DNA from: the human T2T-CHM13v2.0 reference genome, Homo sapiens
Strand: one strand, 5' to 3'
NCBI RefSeq assembly: GCF_009914755.1
Contig: NC_060934.1
DNA length: 64,000 bases
This document shows positions 28,133-41,430 of the stretch, in pieces. The notes below the pieces were generated by a model, which was given only the letters and a program-made list of their open reading frames with translations, had not been told where the DNA came from and ran no database searches. The number at the start of each line of letters is the position of its first letter. Position 1 is the stretch's first letter. A program made the translations under genes and the position numbers.

Positions 28133-29224
28133 TAGTTTTGTGTAAAGGCATTTAGCTACTACTATGGCTCTGTGCCTTTTAGTTAATAAATACATTTAAT
28201 ATAACACTAGCAATAACAACAGCTAATGACTTTTATTTCTATGCGCTAAGCACTGTTCCAGGAATTTTAATGGACTGTCCTATTTGATCTTCATAACAAT
28301 CCCATGCAGAAAATATTATCCCAATTTTACAGATGATGAAATGGGCAAGAGAAGGTTAAGAAATCTTCAGTGTCATATAGCTAGTGAGTAATGGAGTCAG
28401 GACCTAGAGAGTGGTGCCAAGAATCTTTGTTTCATGATTAAAATAGTCACATTCTTTTTTCTAAGAGTAATTAGGGTTTAATATGAATTTCTAAAATAAC
28501 TAGGTGTGCATTTATTTTTTATATTCAAATATGAACCTCCGATTGGCCATGCATAAACACATTTGTATATAGCCAGAAACTTGGCAGATTTCTTGTAATT
28601 TATAATCCCCCTTTTTTTCTCCCCATGTATTTAGTTGCTATGCGAGATTAGTCCCAAATACCTTCAACAACTTGGAGTCTCCCATTCTCCCATTTATAGG
28701 AAATGACAATCCACAAAAGGATACACAGCAGCATGTGGTCTATTTAGTGAAAACTTTCTTTTAATGTTCATAATGTTGTATATATGTATCTTGTGCCCAG
28801 GGTTTCCAATCACAGCTCTGCTCCTTACCAGCCGTGTGACCACAGGCACATTATGTAACCTCCCTTAGTTTTGGGATCCTTGTATGTAAAATTGAGATAA
28901 TAAAATAAGTATCTCATAAATGAGTTGTGATAATTATATGAGAATCTATTTAAAGCCCCTAGCAAATTAATTTCCAGCTCTTTCTTTCCCAAAAAGAAGA
29001 AAGTACACTAACACTTCTAGGAGCCTCTTCTCAGAATTGTAGTTATTCCAAAATAGCAAATAGTTGGCATAAAGGGAAGGATTATGTCAGCAAAACCTTT
29101 TTAAAAATCCTTATTTGATTAATGATGGTAAAAACTAAAAAAAAACAGAGTTTTCTATTAAAATAGCCTATGGCCTTGGCTAAGACAGCTATCCTAGTAA
29201 GATTATCTTATTTTCTATTTATAG

Positions 29225-29337
29225 ACACATCCCACTCAAACTGCATTTTTATCCAGCGTTGATCTTCACACTCACTGTTCCTATCAACTCATGTTGCCAG
29301 AGGCCATTGCCATTGTTTGCTCACCAAAGCATAAAGA
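29225..29337 (+). CDS. STAMBPL1: STAMBPL1 exon 9 ([37 protein letters not shown]), JAMM H-x-H-x7-S-x2-D motif completed across the exon 8/9 junction
   Basis: ttctatttatag acceptor, AGA|gtaagt donor, 113 nt. Confidence 0.97.
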
Positions 29338-30278
29338 GTAAGTGTAACTCTTCAGGGGAGACCAAAGAAGGCTTTGTCCAGGGCTGCTGGGTTCCTGTGT
29401 GTCCAGACACCAGGTTGTGGTACTTGGATTGGCAAGCACACAACGCCCTCGGGAAAAAGAGATGGGTAGTAGTCAGCTGCCATAGACCTATAGCTCTGCA
29501 GTTTAAGGTCCTTTCAGTGGCAGAATTACTGATTTTCTTTCTTCAGTTAGCGTGACTTTGAAGTGAATAACATTTAAGAAAGATGCTATCCCAGTTAGCC
29601 TTTTTAGGACTTATTTCTACTGTATTATGTTCTACCATAAGAAATGTTCTTGCCTTAGCTGAGAAAAAAACCTTTCTAGCTTTGGGGAACAATGATTATT
29701 GTAGAGTAGTTATGAGCATGGGAATCAAAAAAACATATTGAAATCCTGGCTCCACCCCTCAAGTGGTGTGTTAGGCAGGATACTTGACCACTGTGGGTCT
29801 CTGCCTCTTCATCCCTGATACCTGCCCATCGGGGATGGATGTAAAGATGAAATTAGATAATAGTTTATGTACAGTGCTCAGCATAGTGCCTGGTACCACA
29901 GCAGGTACTCAATACATATTTGCTATTGCTATAATCTGTATTAACATAATTAGAAGATTCGAAATATCTGCCACTTGTAATTTCCTCTCATGAGACTCTC
30001 TAGTGGGGCTTTGGCCTTTCCTCTGGGGTCACACACGATAGCTTATTTGCCTTGTCCCCTTAACGGTCCTGCAGGCTCTTAGCAGCAGCATTGCCTCCTC
30101 CTGGGTTTCTCTCCTCTGGACCAGTCATTGGTTTAAAAAAAAAATCACTATGGAATTCCTAGTTTGTGATTTCTCAATCCCATCTGAGGAATATGTATGT
30201 GTGTGCTGTTCAAATAAAGCATCTGGAATGCCCAAATGATCCTTAATTTTTCTATCTTGTTTTTGCTCTGAAATTTAG

Positions 30279-30378
30279 CACTGGCATCTTCAGGCTCACC
30301 AATGCTGGCATGCTTGAGGTTTCTGCTTGTAAAAAAAAGGGCTTTCATCCACACACCAAGGAGCCCAGGCTGTTCAGT
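30279..30378 (+). CDS. STAMBPL1: STAMBPL1 exon 10 ([34 protein letters not shown])
   Basis: tttag acceptor, AGT|gtgagt donor, 100 nt. Confidence 0.96.
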
Positions 30379-31109
30379 GTGAGTACATCATATTAGTTAT
30401 TTTTCCAGGTATTTCTTGTTCACTGCCCCCCCAATCTGTTTTTAAATAAATAGTAGCAGTCTAATATAAGATAAAATACTGTACTGCTTAGTTTGGAGTT
30501 TTATCTCAGAAAATTAATCTATCTGTATACTTAATTTCTGATTTATTCTCAAAATAATTGTATTTACAAGGAAACATCAGTATTTCTGTAGCAGAATTAA
30601 TGGTGCACAAAGTTACCTTTCCGCTTATGTATATGTATGATATTTAAAAGTTTTCTTCAGAGTCCAAATAAGTAAACAATTATCATAGAAAATGACATTT
30701 AAAATGTTGCATGAATTCTTTCTGCTTGATATGGCCAAATTAGTTTTTTCATAGCAATTGATGGAAACTATGATCATACTTCTTGATTACCTTTGCATAG
30801 TCCAAAAGAAACATTTGACTACGCCTTTTTTTTTCCTAATTTTCTTGGAGGTTCTGTGGCTATAACATCAGAGAACATTATATTGACGTTAGAATTTACT
30901 TAAAATGAAAATTATTTGGCAACCCCTGTAAATATTTTTGTTGTTGTTGAAAATGAATAAATGTGATTGTATTTGTTCTGATTGGAAATATTTTAAAAAT
31001 CAGGAACAAATTAAAATTAGGAAATCTATACTTCCTCCCTAAAGAAAATCATATGGTAAACATTATGGTGAAATCAAACATATGGTAAAACCAATTTTTT
31101 CTTTCCTAG

Positions 31110-31166
31110 ATATGCAAACATGTGTTGGTAAAAGACATAAAAATAATTGTGTTGGATCTGAGGTGA
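31110..31166 (+). CDS. STAMBPL1: STAMBPL1 last coding exon (ICKHVLVKDIKIIVLDLR*)
   Basis: ttttttctttcctag acceptor; TGA at 31164-31166; summed CDS is 1311 nt = 436 aa. Confidence 0.96.
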   Translation: MCKHVLVKDIKIIVLDLR

Positions 31167-31408
31167 TATGTTCTGAATGTAAGCACCGTCAACATCAGAC
31201 ACCTACTCATGGACATGTGGTTGCCGGATTTTCTTAAGATGTTTCCAGAAATGACTGATATTTTATATTTATACATTTTAGATGACAAAGCTTGATATTT
31301 ATTGCTGTTGCACATTTTAAAGTTTTCTTTTTGGGTTGCTCTGTGTCAAGAGAGGTTACATGGTGTTAAATCGGTACCTGATAATGTACCCAAATACTAT
31401 GGCCAGAT

Positions 31409-31414
31409 AATAAA
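31409..31414 (+). terminator. STAMBPL1: STAMBPL1 polyadenylation signal AATAAA
   Basis: First AATAAA ~245 nt after the stop, followed by a GT/T-rich stretch (tgtcttgtattt). Confidence 0.8.
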
Positions 31415-32518
31415 TTGTGCTGCAAACAACATGTCTTGTATTTATAGAGGTCTCTGCATACATTTTTAGAGCTTTAGATGATTTGCTATATTTTTTATTC
31501 ATGTAAAATGTAATTCCAAATAAGAAATTCTGAGTGTATATAGTCTCCAAAGCAGACCATCTGTTTCTGAAACCTTCCCCTGAGGTAGGTGAACAGCTTC
31601 CATGTGTAGATGAAATATGGCTGCCATTGATAAAGCTTGTTCTGTGTTTTCAGTGTCATGAAATCCCAGGCTCAGAGAGATATCTCTGCAGTGAATCATT
31701 GTGTAAGATACAAGAACAACACTTCTATTCAGGGATCAGGTGTCAGAGGGCCTGGGATAGCAGACAATTCATTAATTTGATTTAGAAGACTAAAAGTAGA
31801 GAAGCTTGAGAGAGGATTTTTTTTTTAAAAAAAGACTCAGATAAAAGTACAAAACCTGTTACTGTGAAAATGAACAGGGGTGATAGGAAGAAGAAATGAG
31901 ACATAAGAAATAACTGATAATTCTTAGTCAACTTGCTAACTCTGTTAGCAAGTTGAATTGGTAGGAAAAACCTGAGGATGGAAACAGTGTGGAGAAATCT
32001 TAGCTGCAGATACACAGAGGGCAGAATGGAAGTGATATTGTTGAGTTATTTGAGAATAGGTCCTTCGGGACACTGAAGACTAGTTCTGCAGGTGAAATCT
32101 TTATCTTGGAAGACATTGCTCCCAGGCACATTGGGAAATCCTGGGCTGACAGCCCTTTCCTTGATCGAGAAACTTGTGATCACTTCTTAGTCTCCCTTTT
32201 CATCCTTTAGGGCCTTACATTACTCTAGTCTAGCTTTCTTCTTTTTTCTTTTCAACGTTTAAGTTTCCTTCTCCAGCCATCTCTCCCTGGATCTCCACAA
32301 CTTTTCAACAGGGCCAAACTAATCCTATGAAACCTTCTGTCTTCCCAATGTCTTCTGTGCCAGCCACAGCTCTCCCTGCCTTTGCTTTCCTCATGACATT
32401 GTATCTGAGTTGCCTAAACAACTCATGTTTCCATGTACTAGCTTCCACTGCTTAGTTCAATGATTTCCATATTCCAGAGTGGTATTTCCTGTACTCTGTG
32501 CTTGGATGGGTTAACATC

Positions 32519-32868
32519 TGATATGGTTTGGCTGTGTCCCCACCCAAATCTCATCTTAAATCATAGTAGGAGGGACCTGGTGGGAGGTAATTGAATCATT
32601 GGGGTGGTTACCTCCATGCTGTTCTCATGATAGTGAGTGAGTTCTCAGGATATCTGATGGTTTCATAGGGGGCTTTTTCCCTTTTGCTCAGCACTTCTTC
32701 CTGCCATTATGTGAAGAAGGACGTGTTTTGCTTCCCTTTCCGCAATGATTTTAAGTTTCTTGAGGCCTCCCCAGCAATGCAGAACTGTGAGTCAATTAAA
32801 CCTCTTTCCTTTAGAAATTGCTCAGCCTTGGTCAGTTCTTTATAGTAGCATGAGAATGGACTAATGCA
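32519..32868 (+). mobile_element. THE1-type MaLR solo LTR
   Basis: tgatatggtttggctgtgtccccacccaaatctc...gaatggactaatgca. Confidence 0.9.
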
Positions 32869-33562
32869 TCAACCCTCCCTGCTTGTCTAGTTCTCAATTC
32901 TGGTATCATGTCACCTGAATTCTGTTCCTGTTCTCATTTATACAGAACCACCTACTATGGGCAAGTCAGTGGCTTGTTTCTGTTTCATGGAATCTTCTAG
33001 CTATGGAGAGCTCAGGTATCAGACTTCAGAAGTAGAGCTTGGCTTGCCTTGTGCATGGAGACTTTAGTCTATGGCCACCACTAGTTAAGAGCAGATTAAC
33101 TCTGCAAGGCTGGCTCCATAGACACCTCACTTTTTCCTGAGTGGTGCTGTCCTCAGTGTCTTAACACTTAAACACACCATGATATTCTGATATGCTTGAT
33201 CAAAGGAAAATGTTATATTCTTTATTCAAGTAAAAATAATTGTTGGGACAATGGATAGTTGAGAAATGAGTGAGATCCTTTGTATAGAATTAAAAATTAT
33301 AGTAATACACTAAGAGGATGTAAAATGAGAGTTGTCCGATGAAAAAGCTATGGACATTGAATGGTGCCTAAAGATAGAAAGGACTCAGTTGAGGGCCAAG
33401 AACATTTAGCATCTTAGATTTCCAGAAAGACTAGAAAGAGAAGCTATGAGTATGCAAAACCATTATGTCCCTTCTGAATAGCAAACTAGAAGAGAACTCA
33501 TTTTCACTAAGAAAGTATATTGTATTTCCTAAATAAAGGAGACATTCTTGGCACTTTTTTGT

Positions 33563-33597
<35 letters not shown>

Positions 33598-33874
33598 CAA
33601 GTACAAACCAAATTAACCAGGATCTCACAGAGTGGGACTGTTGGAGGCGGCAAACCAGAGCCTGACTTTGGCTGGCAGAATGAGGCCCTGGGGCTGTGTC
33701 TGAAAGAACCAACAGAAATGTGACCACATCACTAAGTAATGGACTGGTCGTGAGGCAGAGACCCTGTTAACCAACCTGGAGACGCCACTACACACACATG
33801 TGCATGAGCACCAGTGTTCATTGGATAAACTATCTATGGAAGGTCTCTTTCACAACAGGCAGACAGCACCTTCT

Positions 33875-34075
33875 CTTTTTTTGAGACAAGGTCTCACACT
33901 GTTGCCCAGGCTGGAGTGTAATGGCATAATCATGGGTCACCGCAGCCTTGATCTCGTAGGCTCAAGCGATCCTCCCATCTCAGCCTCCCGAGTAGCTGGG
34001 ACTACAGGCACTCACCACCACACCTGGCTATTTTTTTTCTATTTTGTAGAAATGAGGTCTTGCTGTGTTGCTAGG
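33875..34075 (-). mobile_element. Partial Alu (AluJ/FRAM-like)
   Basis: Reverse right-arm sequence, truncated. Confidence 0.8.
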
Positions 34076-34261
34076 GCAGGAGATCCTTCTTTTGAATATG
34101 AATCAGTTCCAAAGCTCCATTTGCCACATCCTAAGGCAAAGATGGTTCTTCATTTCTTTTCAGATTTGTGTTTCTGTAGAAAAAAAAGAAACAATTAAGA
34201 ACTTCCTTTGATTTTCAGTGCTAGTCAGTTTGCACACAGTGCCTGACACCTCATGTGTATT

Positions 34262-34645
34262 TGTTATAGGCTGAATTGTGTCCCCCAAATTCATGTGTTG
34301 AGGTCCTTAACCCCCCAATACCTCAGAATATGACTGAGTTTGGAGATAGGGCCTTTACACAAATAATTAAGTTAAAATGAGGCTAGTAGAGTGGGCACTA
34401 ATCCAGTATGAGTTGTGTCCTTATAATTAGAGATTAGGACAGACATACACAGAAGGAAGACCATGGGAAAACAGAAAGAAGACTGCCATCTGCAAGCCAA
34501 AGAGAGAGAGATCTCAGAAGAAACCATCCCTGCCAAAACCTAGATCTCAGACTTCCAGCCTCCGGAACTGTGAGAAAATAATTTTCTGTTGTTTAAGCCA
34601 TCTGGTCTGTGGTATTCTGTTTGGCAGCCCTCACAAACTAATGTA
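34262..34645 (+). mobile_element. MLT1A/B-type solo LTR
   Basis: tgttataggctgaattgtgtccccc...gtttaagcca...aaactaat. Confidence 0.8.
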
Positions 34646-35381
34646 GTATCCGGTAAATATTTGCTGAAGTTGTTTGTTTCCTTTTCTCTTACAGACTGAA
34701 TTGGAAATGGCTTTCTTTGTTGTCATGCAGGGCAGAAATCATTCTTTCCATAGGCCTTGTCAGTTGTAGAAGAGCAAAGCAGAATGTTTGTGGATTATTC
34801 TCAGCTACTCAAATTGTTCCTAGTTTCTTTTTAGTAGGATTTTGCTTGTGGAAATTTGACATTTTATTTGGCGCCACACTGGTTCACTTCTGTTTTCTCC
34901 CAATTCATTTCACATTGCAACCACATCAACTGTGTTGGAGACTGTGTTATTACAATGATTTGACCTTAGGTTGAGGTTTCTGTTGCAAAACCAGCTGAGG
35001 AGGTCCTAAATGTGGAAAGCAGATGTTTCTCTTCTGGCATGTCTTGCAGAATTATCTGGCAAGAGAATATCTTCTGTGAAAAGAATGCGTGAGAAATGTC
35101 ATGCATTTGGCAATGATTAAGAAAGAAAGGTAAACCTTCAACTCCTTGTTCTTAAAAGAATTTGGCTTGTTATTTACTGGGAAGACAACTAAGATGCAAA
35201 GAGCTTTTCTGCTCTTTGCAACAAATTTCTTAAAATTTGTTTTCTTTTCTACTCTTTTGTTCTTCATAAGGCCAGAATATATTATCTCGGGGAGAGCTGA
35301 TGAAAACATGACTTAGTGGCTCTTAGAGATTTAGCATACTGATGTCCAAGAAGACGTTGTTGTTTTTTAAACTATCAAAAG

Positions 35382-35752
35382 GCAGGCCTTCATTTGGACT
35401 GCTACAACAAAAATACCATAAACTGGGTGACGTAAACAACACTGTATTTCTGTCACCCAGTTCTGGTGGCTGGAATTTGATATCTGGGTGCCAGCATAGT
35501 CCAGTTCTTGATGAGGACTCCCTTCCTTATTTGCAGATGGCTACCTTCTTGCCCTACCCTCAAATGGGGGAGAGAGAAATCATCTCTCATGTCTCTGCTT
35601 ATAAGGACACAAATACTATCACGAGGGCCTGACCCTACCTTCATGACCTAATTATCTCCCAACGCCCAACGACCCCACCTCCAAATACCATTGCAACGAG
35701 GATGAGGTTTCAGCATATTAATGGCGGGGGCACCAATATTTGATCCGTAACT
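35382..35752 (-). mobile_element. MLT1-type solo LTR
   Basis: ctgctacaacaaaataccataaactgggtgac... motif. Confidence 0.65.
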
Positions 35753-36919
35753 ATGCGAGTGCCAACTAGCTAGTTTCTTGTCTTTTTTCAGTGCCATATG
35801 GAGGCTCTGCTGTACATCTTCTGAGATCCCATAGTTACTATATTAAAAAGTACCATTCTGATGAGAATGTGAATAGCTTTTATTATATTACCTTTGATCT
35901 GGTGTGAAGATGCCTTCAAATAGATTTAAGAAATTACTCATTAAAAGGATATTTTTCAAAAGGAATTGCCAGTTGATTAAATAATACTAGGTATTAAATT
36001 TTACCTCATGGAAGAACAAACTTGTTTGACAAAAAAACATTTCTTAATTAAAGCCATATATTTTCATATTAGTAATGTTGCTATATAATTATAATATTTT
36101 TAATTTTGTAATGTTTTTATAATTAAAGGACTTAGTAAAATCCATATTCCTGTATATGTTTGAATAACCAGACAGAGAAATGGAAAAGGGAAAGAAAATC
36201 CAGGGAAGGGAATATTATTTAGAAAGGAAGCCTGTGATACTCTTAAGGTCTGTCACTACAGCTTGCTGGACTTCAGGATGGGGATAGGAGATGCAGAAGA
36301 CAAGAGAGGAAAAAACAGAGAAGGACTCTGGGGGAGGGAAGGTAGATTAAGAGCATTGCAGACTGGCTTTATTTAATTTGTTTGTTTGAAGTAAATGCCT
36401 TGACATTATCTGGACGACAAGACATTCTAAAACCAAATGGAGATAATTAGATTTTTTTTTCTCAATCAAGGAGCATTACCCGTGCATCTCTATCAGGTAA
36501 ACAAGAGATGGCAGTGAAAAATTACAGTTGTTTACATGAATTATTCATTGTCTCACTGGGTCCCAGATGTACCAATGGAATGCATGGTGAATTCATATTC
36601 TTGAGCCTGAAGAGGAGGTTTAAAAATTCTCCTTTGCACTTTTTCCAAGAGAAAAAGGCATTTACAGATTGATTTAAAAAGAAAAAAAGCTCAATTATGT
36701 TTCCTTCTAATATAAAGGCTGACAAGGAAAGCAAAGCAAGCAACTAGAAGACATTTGCTGTGCTCTTGACTTTGGGAAAGACCATGGGCAAATTATATCA
36801 CTTTTAGGAAATTTAATTTCCTTACCTACAGAAATAAGGCATGTGAATCAACTGATTCAGCAGGCTGTCTTCAGCAATAAAATTTTGTACTTATCAAGGT
36901 TCTTTCCAAGGCAGTATGT

Positions 36920-38060
36920 TTTTTATTTTTAAAAAATAACTTATTGAAGCTCAATTCACATAACTTAAAATTAACCATTTTAATATGAACAATTTAGTGG
37001 CATTTAGCACATTCAGTGTTGTGCAACCACCGTCCCTATCTAGTTCCAAAAGATTTCTGTCACTCCAGAGTAAAATCCCTTGTCCACTGTACTAGTCTGT
37101 TTTCACCCTGCTGATAAAGACATACCTGAGACTGGGTAATTTATAAAGAAAAAGAGGTTTAATGGACTCACAGTTCCACTTGGCTGGGGAGGTCTCACAA
37201 TCATGATGGAAGACGAAAGGCGTGTTTTACAGGGCAGCAGAAAAGAGAGAATGAGAGCCAAGTGAAAGCGGTTTCCCCTTATAAAGCATCAGGTCTCGTG
37301 AGACTTACTACCACGAGAACAATATGGGGGAACCACCCCCATGATTCAATTATCTCCCATTGGGTCCCTCCCACAACATGTGGGAATTATGGGAGCTACA
37401 ATTCAAGATGAGATTTGGGTGGGGACACAGCCAAACCATATCACCCACTAAGCAGTTGCTCCCCTTCCCTCCCTCTCCCCCCCAGCTCCTAGCAACTGTC
37501 AATCTGCATTCTATATGGATCTATCTATTTTGGATATTTCATACAAGTAGAATTGTACAATATGTGAGCTGTTGTGTCTGGCTTCTTTCACTTAACGTAT
37601 CATTTTGAAGGTTTATCCATGTTGTAGTATGTATCAGTCCTTTATTCATCTTTATGGATGAATTATGTATATAAATTTATGTATATACCACATTTTGTTT
37701 ATTCATCCGTTGATGGACATTGATGGACATCCATTGATGGATATTGATGACATTTTGTTTATTCATCCATTAATGGGCACAATAACCAAAAAGACATTTC
37801 CTTTTGGTTATTGTGAGTAGTAGTGCTATAAACATGCATGTACATGCATTTGTTTGAGTACCTGTTTCAATTCTTTTGGATCTACACCTAGAAGTGGAAT
37901 TGCAGGGTTATCGGTAACTCTAGGCTTAGGTTTTTGAGAGACCTCCAAACTGTTTTTCACAACAGCTGTACCATGTTATATTCCGAACAGCAACATATAA
38001 AGTATCTGATTTCTCTACATCCTATTACAGCCATCCTAGTAAATGTAAAGTAGCATCTCA
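36920..38060 (-). mobile_element. L1MB-like fragment with nested THE1 LTR (37088-37443, -)
   Basis: L1 3' motifs on both sides; THE1 ends acagccaaaccatatca; near-TSD tccac/cccac. Confidence 0.85.
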
Positions 38061-39979
38061 TTCTCCTTTTGACAGAGCAATATGTGATCAGCTTAATTCC
38101 TCTAAAGTCAAATTTCAGTAGTAAAATAAAGTTGATGATGAAGATGTCTGAGGCCTCCAGAATTCACTCACTCCAATCACTCTCTTAGTGTTGTGGGACA
38201 CCAGTCCTGACTCTTTATCAAGGTCACTAGCACCATGTTTAGAGGGAGAATTTATTTTTATCAAGGATAGTCAGGTCAGCTGTTTCAGCTGGGTAGGATT
38301 AGAAATACAAAGAGAGAGCAACCAACAAAAGGCACTAGTCATGGCACTTTAGAATACTACTCTTGCTTTCCATCAAAGTCAGTGGTTTAAGCATTCATAA
38401 GGAAGAATACTATGTTGAGGCATCTCTCTGAAATCACGGACTTTTTTAAGTCTTAAGAGCAAGAGCTCATGTTAAATTTGAAAAATAGAATTTACTTGTT
38501 TAATATATTTTTGCCTGAGTAGGTGATGTCATTTTTTTTTTTAAAGGAAGGCCTGAAGTTACATGATTTTAGGTCATTTTGTAGGGAATTTCAGGTTATG
38601 GCATATGCAGAGAGGTCTTAAAGGAAGAAAAATAATTGATTCAATGAAGGGACAGAGGACTAAGGCTCAAAACTAAATGTGCAGGGAAAGAAACAGAAGG
38701 CAAGAACTAAGAAGAGTATAAAAAGAACACCTTTTGATGTGGTGTGTCTGCAATACCACATACTTTTCTCCAAGGATAAGGAAATCTGCTTAAGGACCCC
38801 TGAATTTTAGGCCTCTGGAAAACTGTCATTAACCTCACGATACGGAAGCCTGTTCCATCATCAGTTTTCCTTGAGGATAGCATTGTTTCAAACCCAGACA
38901 AATAGTAATCATTTTTATTCCCTTTAGCCAAGAAGGGGCTAGAAATTGCTCTAAGGAGGACATTCTGGGAGAGCTACAGCCTCCATGAGTAAATTAGACT
39001 GAGAGGTGGCAATGTTTGCATGTTCATTTCCCAGATGTGAGATGAATAATTTAACCTGAAAGGTGAAATGCTCAGGAAAAGCAATAATTTAACCTGAAAG
39101 GTGAAATGCTCAGGAAAAGCAGATGGTCCAGAGATGCCATACTTCTCATGCAACATTGCTTCCATTGCTTGAAATTGGTGTCTGATTTTTTCATAGAAAA
39201 AATGTTATGAATATTACTTTGGAAAATTGTAGTGAAGTCATGGTCACACTTGTGTGTGTGGTCCAGTTCTTTGGGGTTCTCTTTTTCCCAGGTATGCAGC
39301 ACTTTTACATCTCTGGGCCTCTGCTTGGAACACATCCCATGCAGGTCCTACTTCCCCTTCCCAAACCTTAACCCCTTCTAGCCCCCAGCCCTTTTTTTTG
39401 TCTACTCAATTCTTACCCTTTAAGCTTCTGCTTAAGCACTATCTTCTCAGGGAGGCAGCCTCTCCTGAGCTCCTGGCTCAAGTTAGAGCCCATGGCTATA
39501 AAAGCCAGTACCCCATATAATTCTTCTTTTGAACCCCTGACAATGTACCCAACTGCTTATTTAGTGCCCATCTTCCTCACTTGGCTGCAGGTTCCATCCA
39601 GGCAGAACCTTGCCTAGTTCTATTTCCTTGACACTGCTCTCTGTCCTAGCTCATAGTGCTCTTCAGACATTACTTAAGTTGACTCTGCTCTCCCAGGAAT
39701 AAACATTACTTCATACTCTGAAAAGGAAGAACCCTATCTCAGGCTGCCCCATTTTCTCTCCCTCTCTCTTTTTTTTTTTTTTTTTTGGCTGTCTCTTTCT
39801 GAATAAACTGAGCTGCGCTGCAGCAATGGCTTCTGGTTGCCTGCAAGTGTGTGTTGGTCCAGACAGCCTCCTCCCTAACTACAGTCAGACGTTCTTCTCC
39901 AAGCTGTTCTGTTAGAAATTCTTCTAAAGAGAATTTCCTAGCTACACAAATGATACCACATTAACAACAGAGGATTATT

Positions 39980-40251
39980 ATTATTATTATTATTATTATT
40001 ATTTTGAGGCGGAGTTCCACTCCTTTTTGCCCAGATTGGAGTACAATGATGCGATCTTGGCTCACTGCAACCCCTGTCCCTGGGTTTCAAGCAATTCTCC
40101 TGCCTCAGATGCCTGAGTAGCTGGGATTACAGGTGCGTGCCACCACGCTTGGCTAATTATGTATTTTTAGTAGAGATGGGGTTTCACCATGTTGGCCAGG
40201 CTGGTCTTGAACTCCTGACCTCAGGTGATCTGTCTGCCTCGGCCTCCCAAG
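39980..40251 (-). mobile_element. 5'-truncated AluS with (ATT)n tail
   Basis: 16-bp TSD acaacagaggattatt at 39964 and 40252. Confidence 0.92.
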
Positions 40252-40775
40252 ACAACAGAGGATTATTTTTAAGTAAATAATGCCTCTTCCCACACATCTG
40301 CTCACAGTAATGGCAGCATGATGTGAATTAATGTCATTAGAAACCCATGCTGTCCTCCAGAGTTGCAAAAGCCTGTCATAGGAAAATTTTATAGTCATAG
40401 AAGGATGTTCCCCTCCTTTGAGAGTCTGGTTTGCTATTGTTAGAGGAGAGAAGAGGATTCAGAAGGCTGCCAAACCTGTATGTTGCTGGTTTTGTCTCCT
40501 CTGGAGATTGGTGTGACGCTCATGAAGGGGACTCAGCCACCTGTGCAAAGCCCAGCCCTTTATTAAGTCACTGGGCATCTCATGGAGTCAGGGGATGAAT
40601 TACTGATAGATGACTGGGAGGAGGGTGCTTAGGCACTGCAGTTGAGTGGCTCACAAGGAGCTAAAATTTCACTAATGCGTATTCAGTGGGTGGTTCTGGT
40701 TTGCCTGATTTTTGCCTCTGGGCATGGCTGTTTCAGCCTGAGAGGCTGTTCCAAGAATGTTCCTTTACTAGGAGC

Positions 40776-40794
40776 TCATGCCGCCTGGTGGTAA
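40776..40794 (-). promoter_or_regulatory. Candidate CTCF site TTACCACCAGGCGGCATGA
   Basis: CCACCAGGcGGCA core with an upstream TGCTGTACT module at appropriate spacing. Confidence 0.45.
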
Positions 40795-41311
40795 ATATGA
40801 AGTACAGCAGTGCAACAGACCAGTTTTACTCCAAGGAAACCCTGTAGAGATGACAGCAATGGTTGGTGATTTCTGCCTCAATTATGAAAGTGATCTGGTG
40901 GCAAGTATCTGCACACTAATCCTTAAGTTTAAATCTAGTGGCTATGAGGTGCCCCTGCATGGCAAGCATGAATTTGCAGCTGGAAGATTTCCCTCGATCA
41001 TATTCCAGTGGTTCTTAAATTTTGATGTACATAAGAATCACCAGGGAAATCTGATTGAAGTTCAGGTTTCCAGCTTCAGCTCCAGAGATTCTAGCTCAGC
41101 GGGTGTTAGATGTGACCCAGGGCTCTACCCATTTAAAATGAGCTTCCGATGAGGTTGGTCCGTGTAGCCTATTCTTTGGGAAATGCTGGCCTAATGGCTA
41201 AAAACATGAATTGGAAACCAAGCACAAGAAGGAGCAAGCTGATACTTCTGCCAGCAGCATGACATTGGGCTGCTGCTAGCCTCAGTTACTCTTCTGTAAA
41301 AAGGCAGTAAT

Positions 41312-41430
41312 GGCCAGGTGCTGTGCCTCACGCATGTAATCCCAGCACTTTAGGAGGCCAAAAAGTGGGAGGATCGTTTGAGCCCAGGAGTTCAAGACCA
41401 GCCTGGGCAACATGGCAAGATCCCATCTCT
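41312..41430 (+). mobile_element. Alu monomer (FLAM-like)
   Basis: ggccaggtgctgtgcctcacgcatgtaatcccagcactt... Confidence 0.85.

Noticed and set aside
33546-33600. Long poly(T) flanked by cttggca / tgccaag
   Set aside because: No direct TSD seen, and the 7-bp inverted flank may be chance
37690-37780. Repeated attgatggac / cattttgtttattcatcc motifs that look array-like
   Set aside because: Local slippage inside an old L1 fragment; no repeat-spacer architecture
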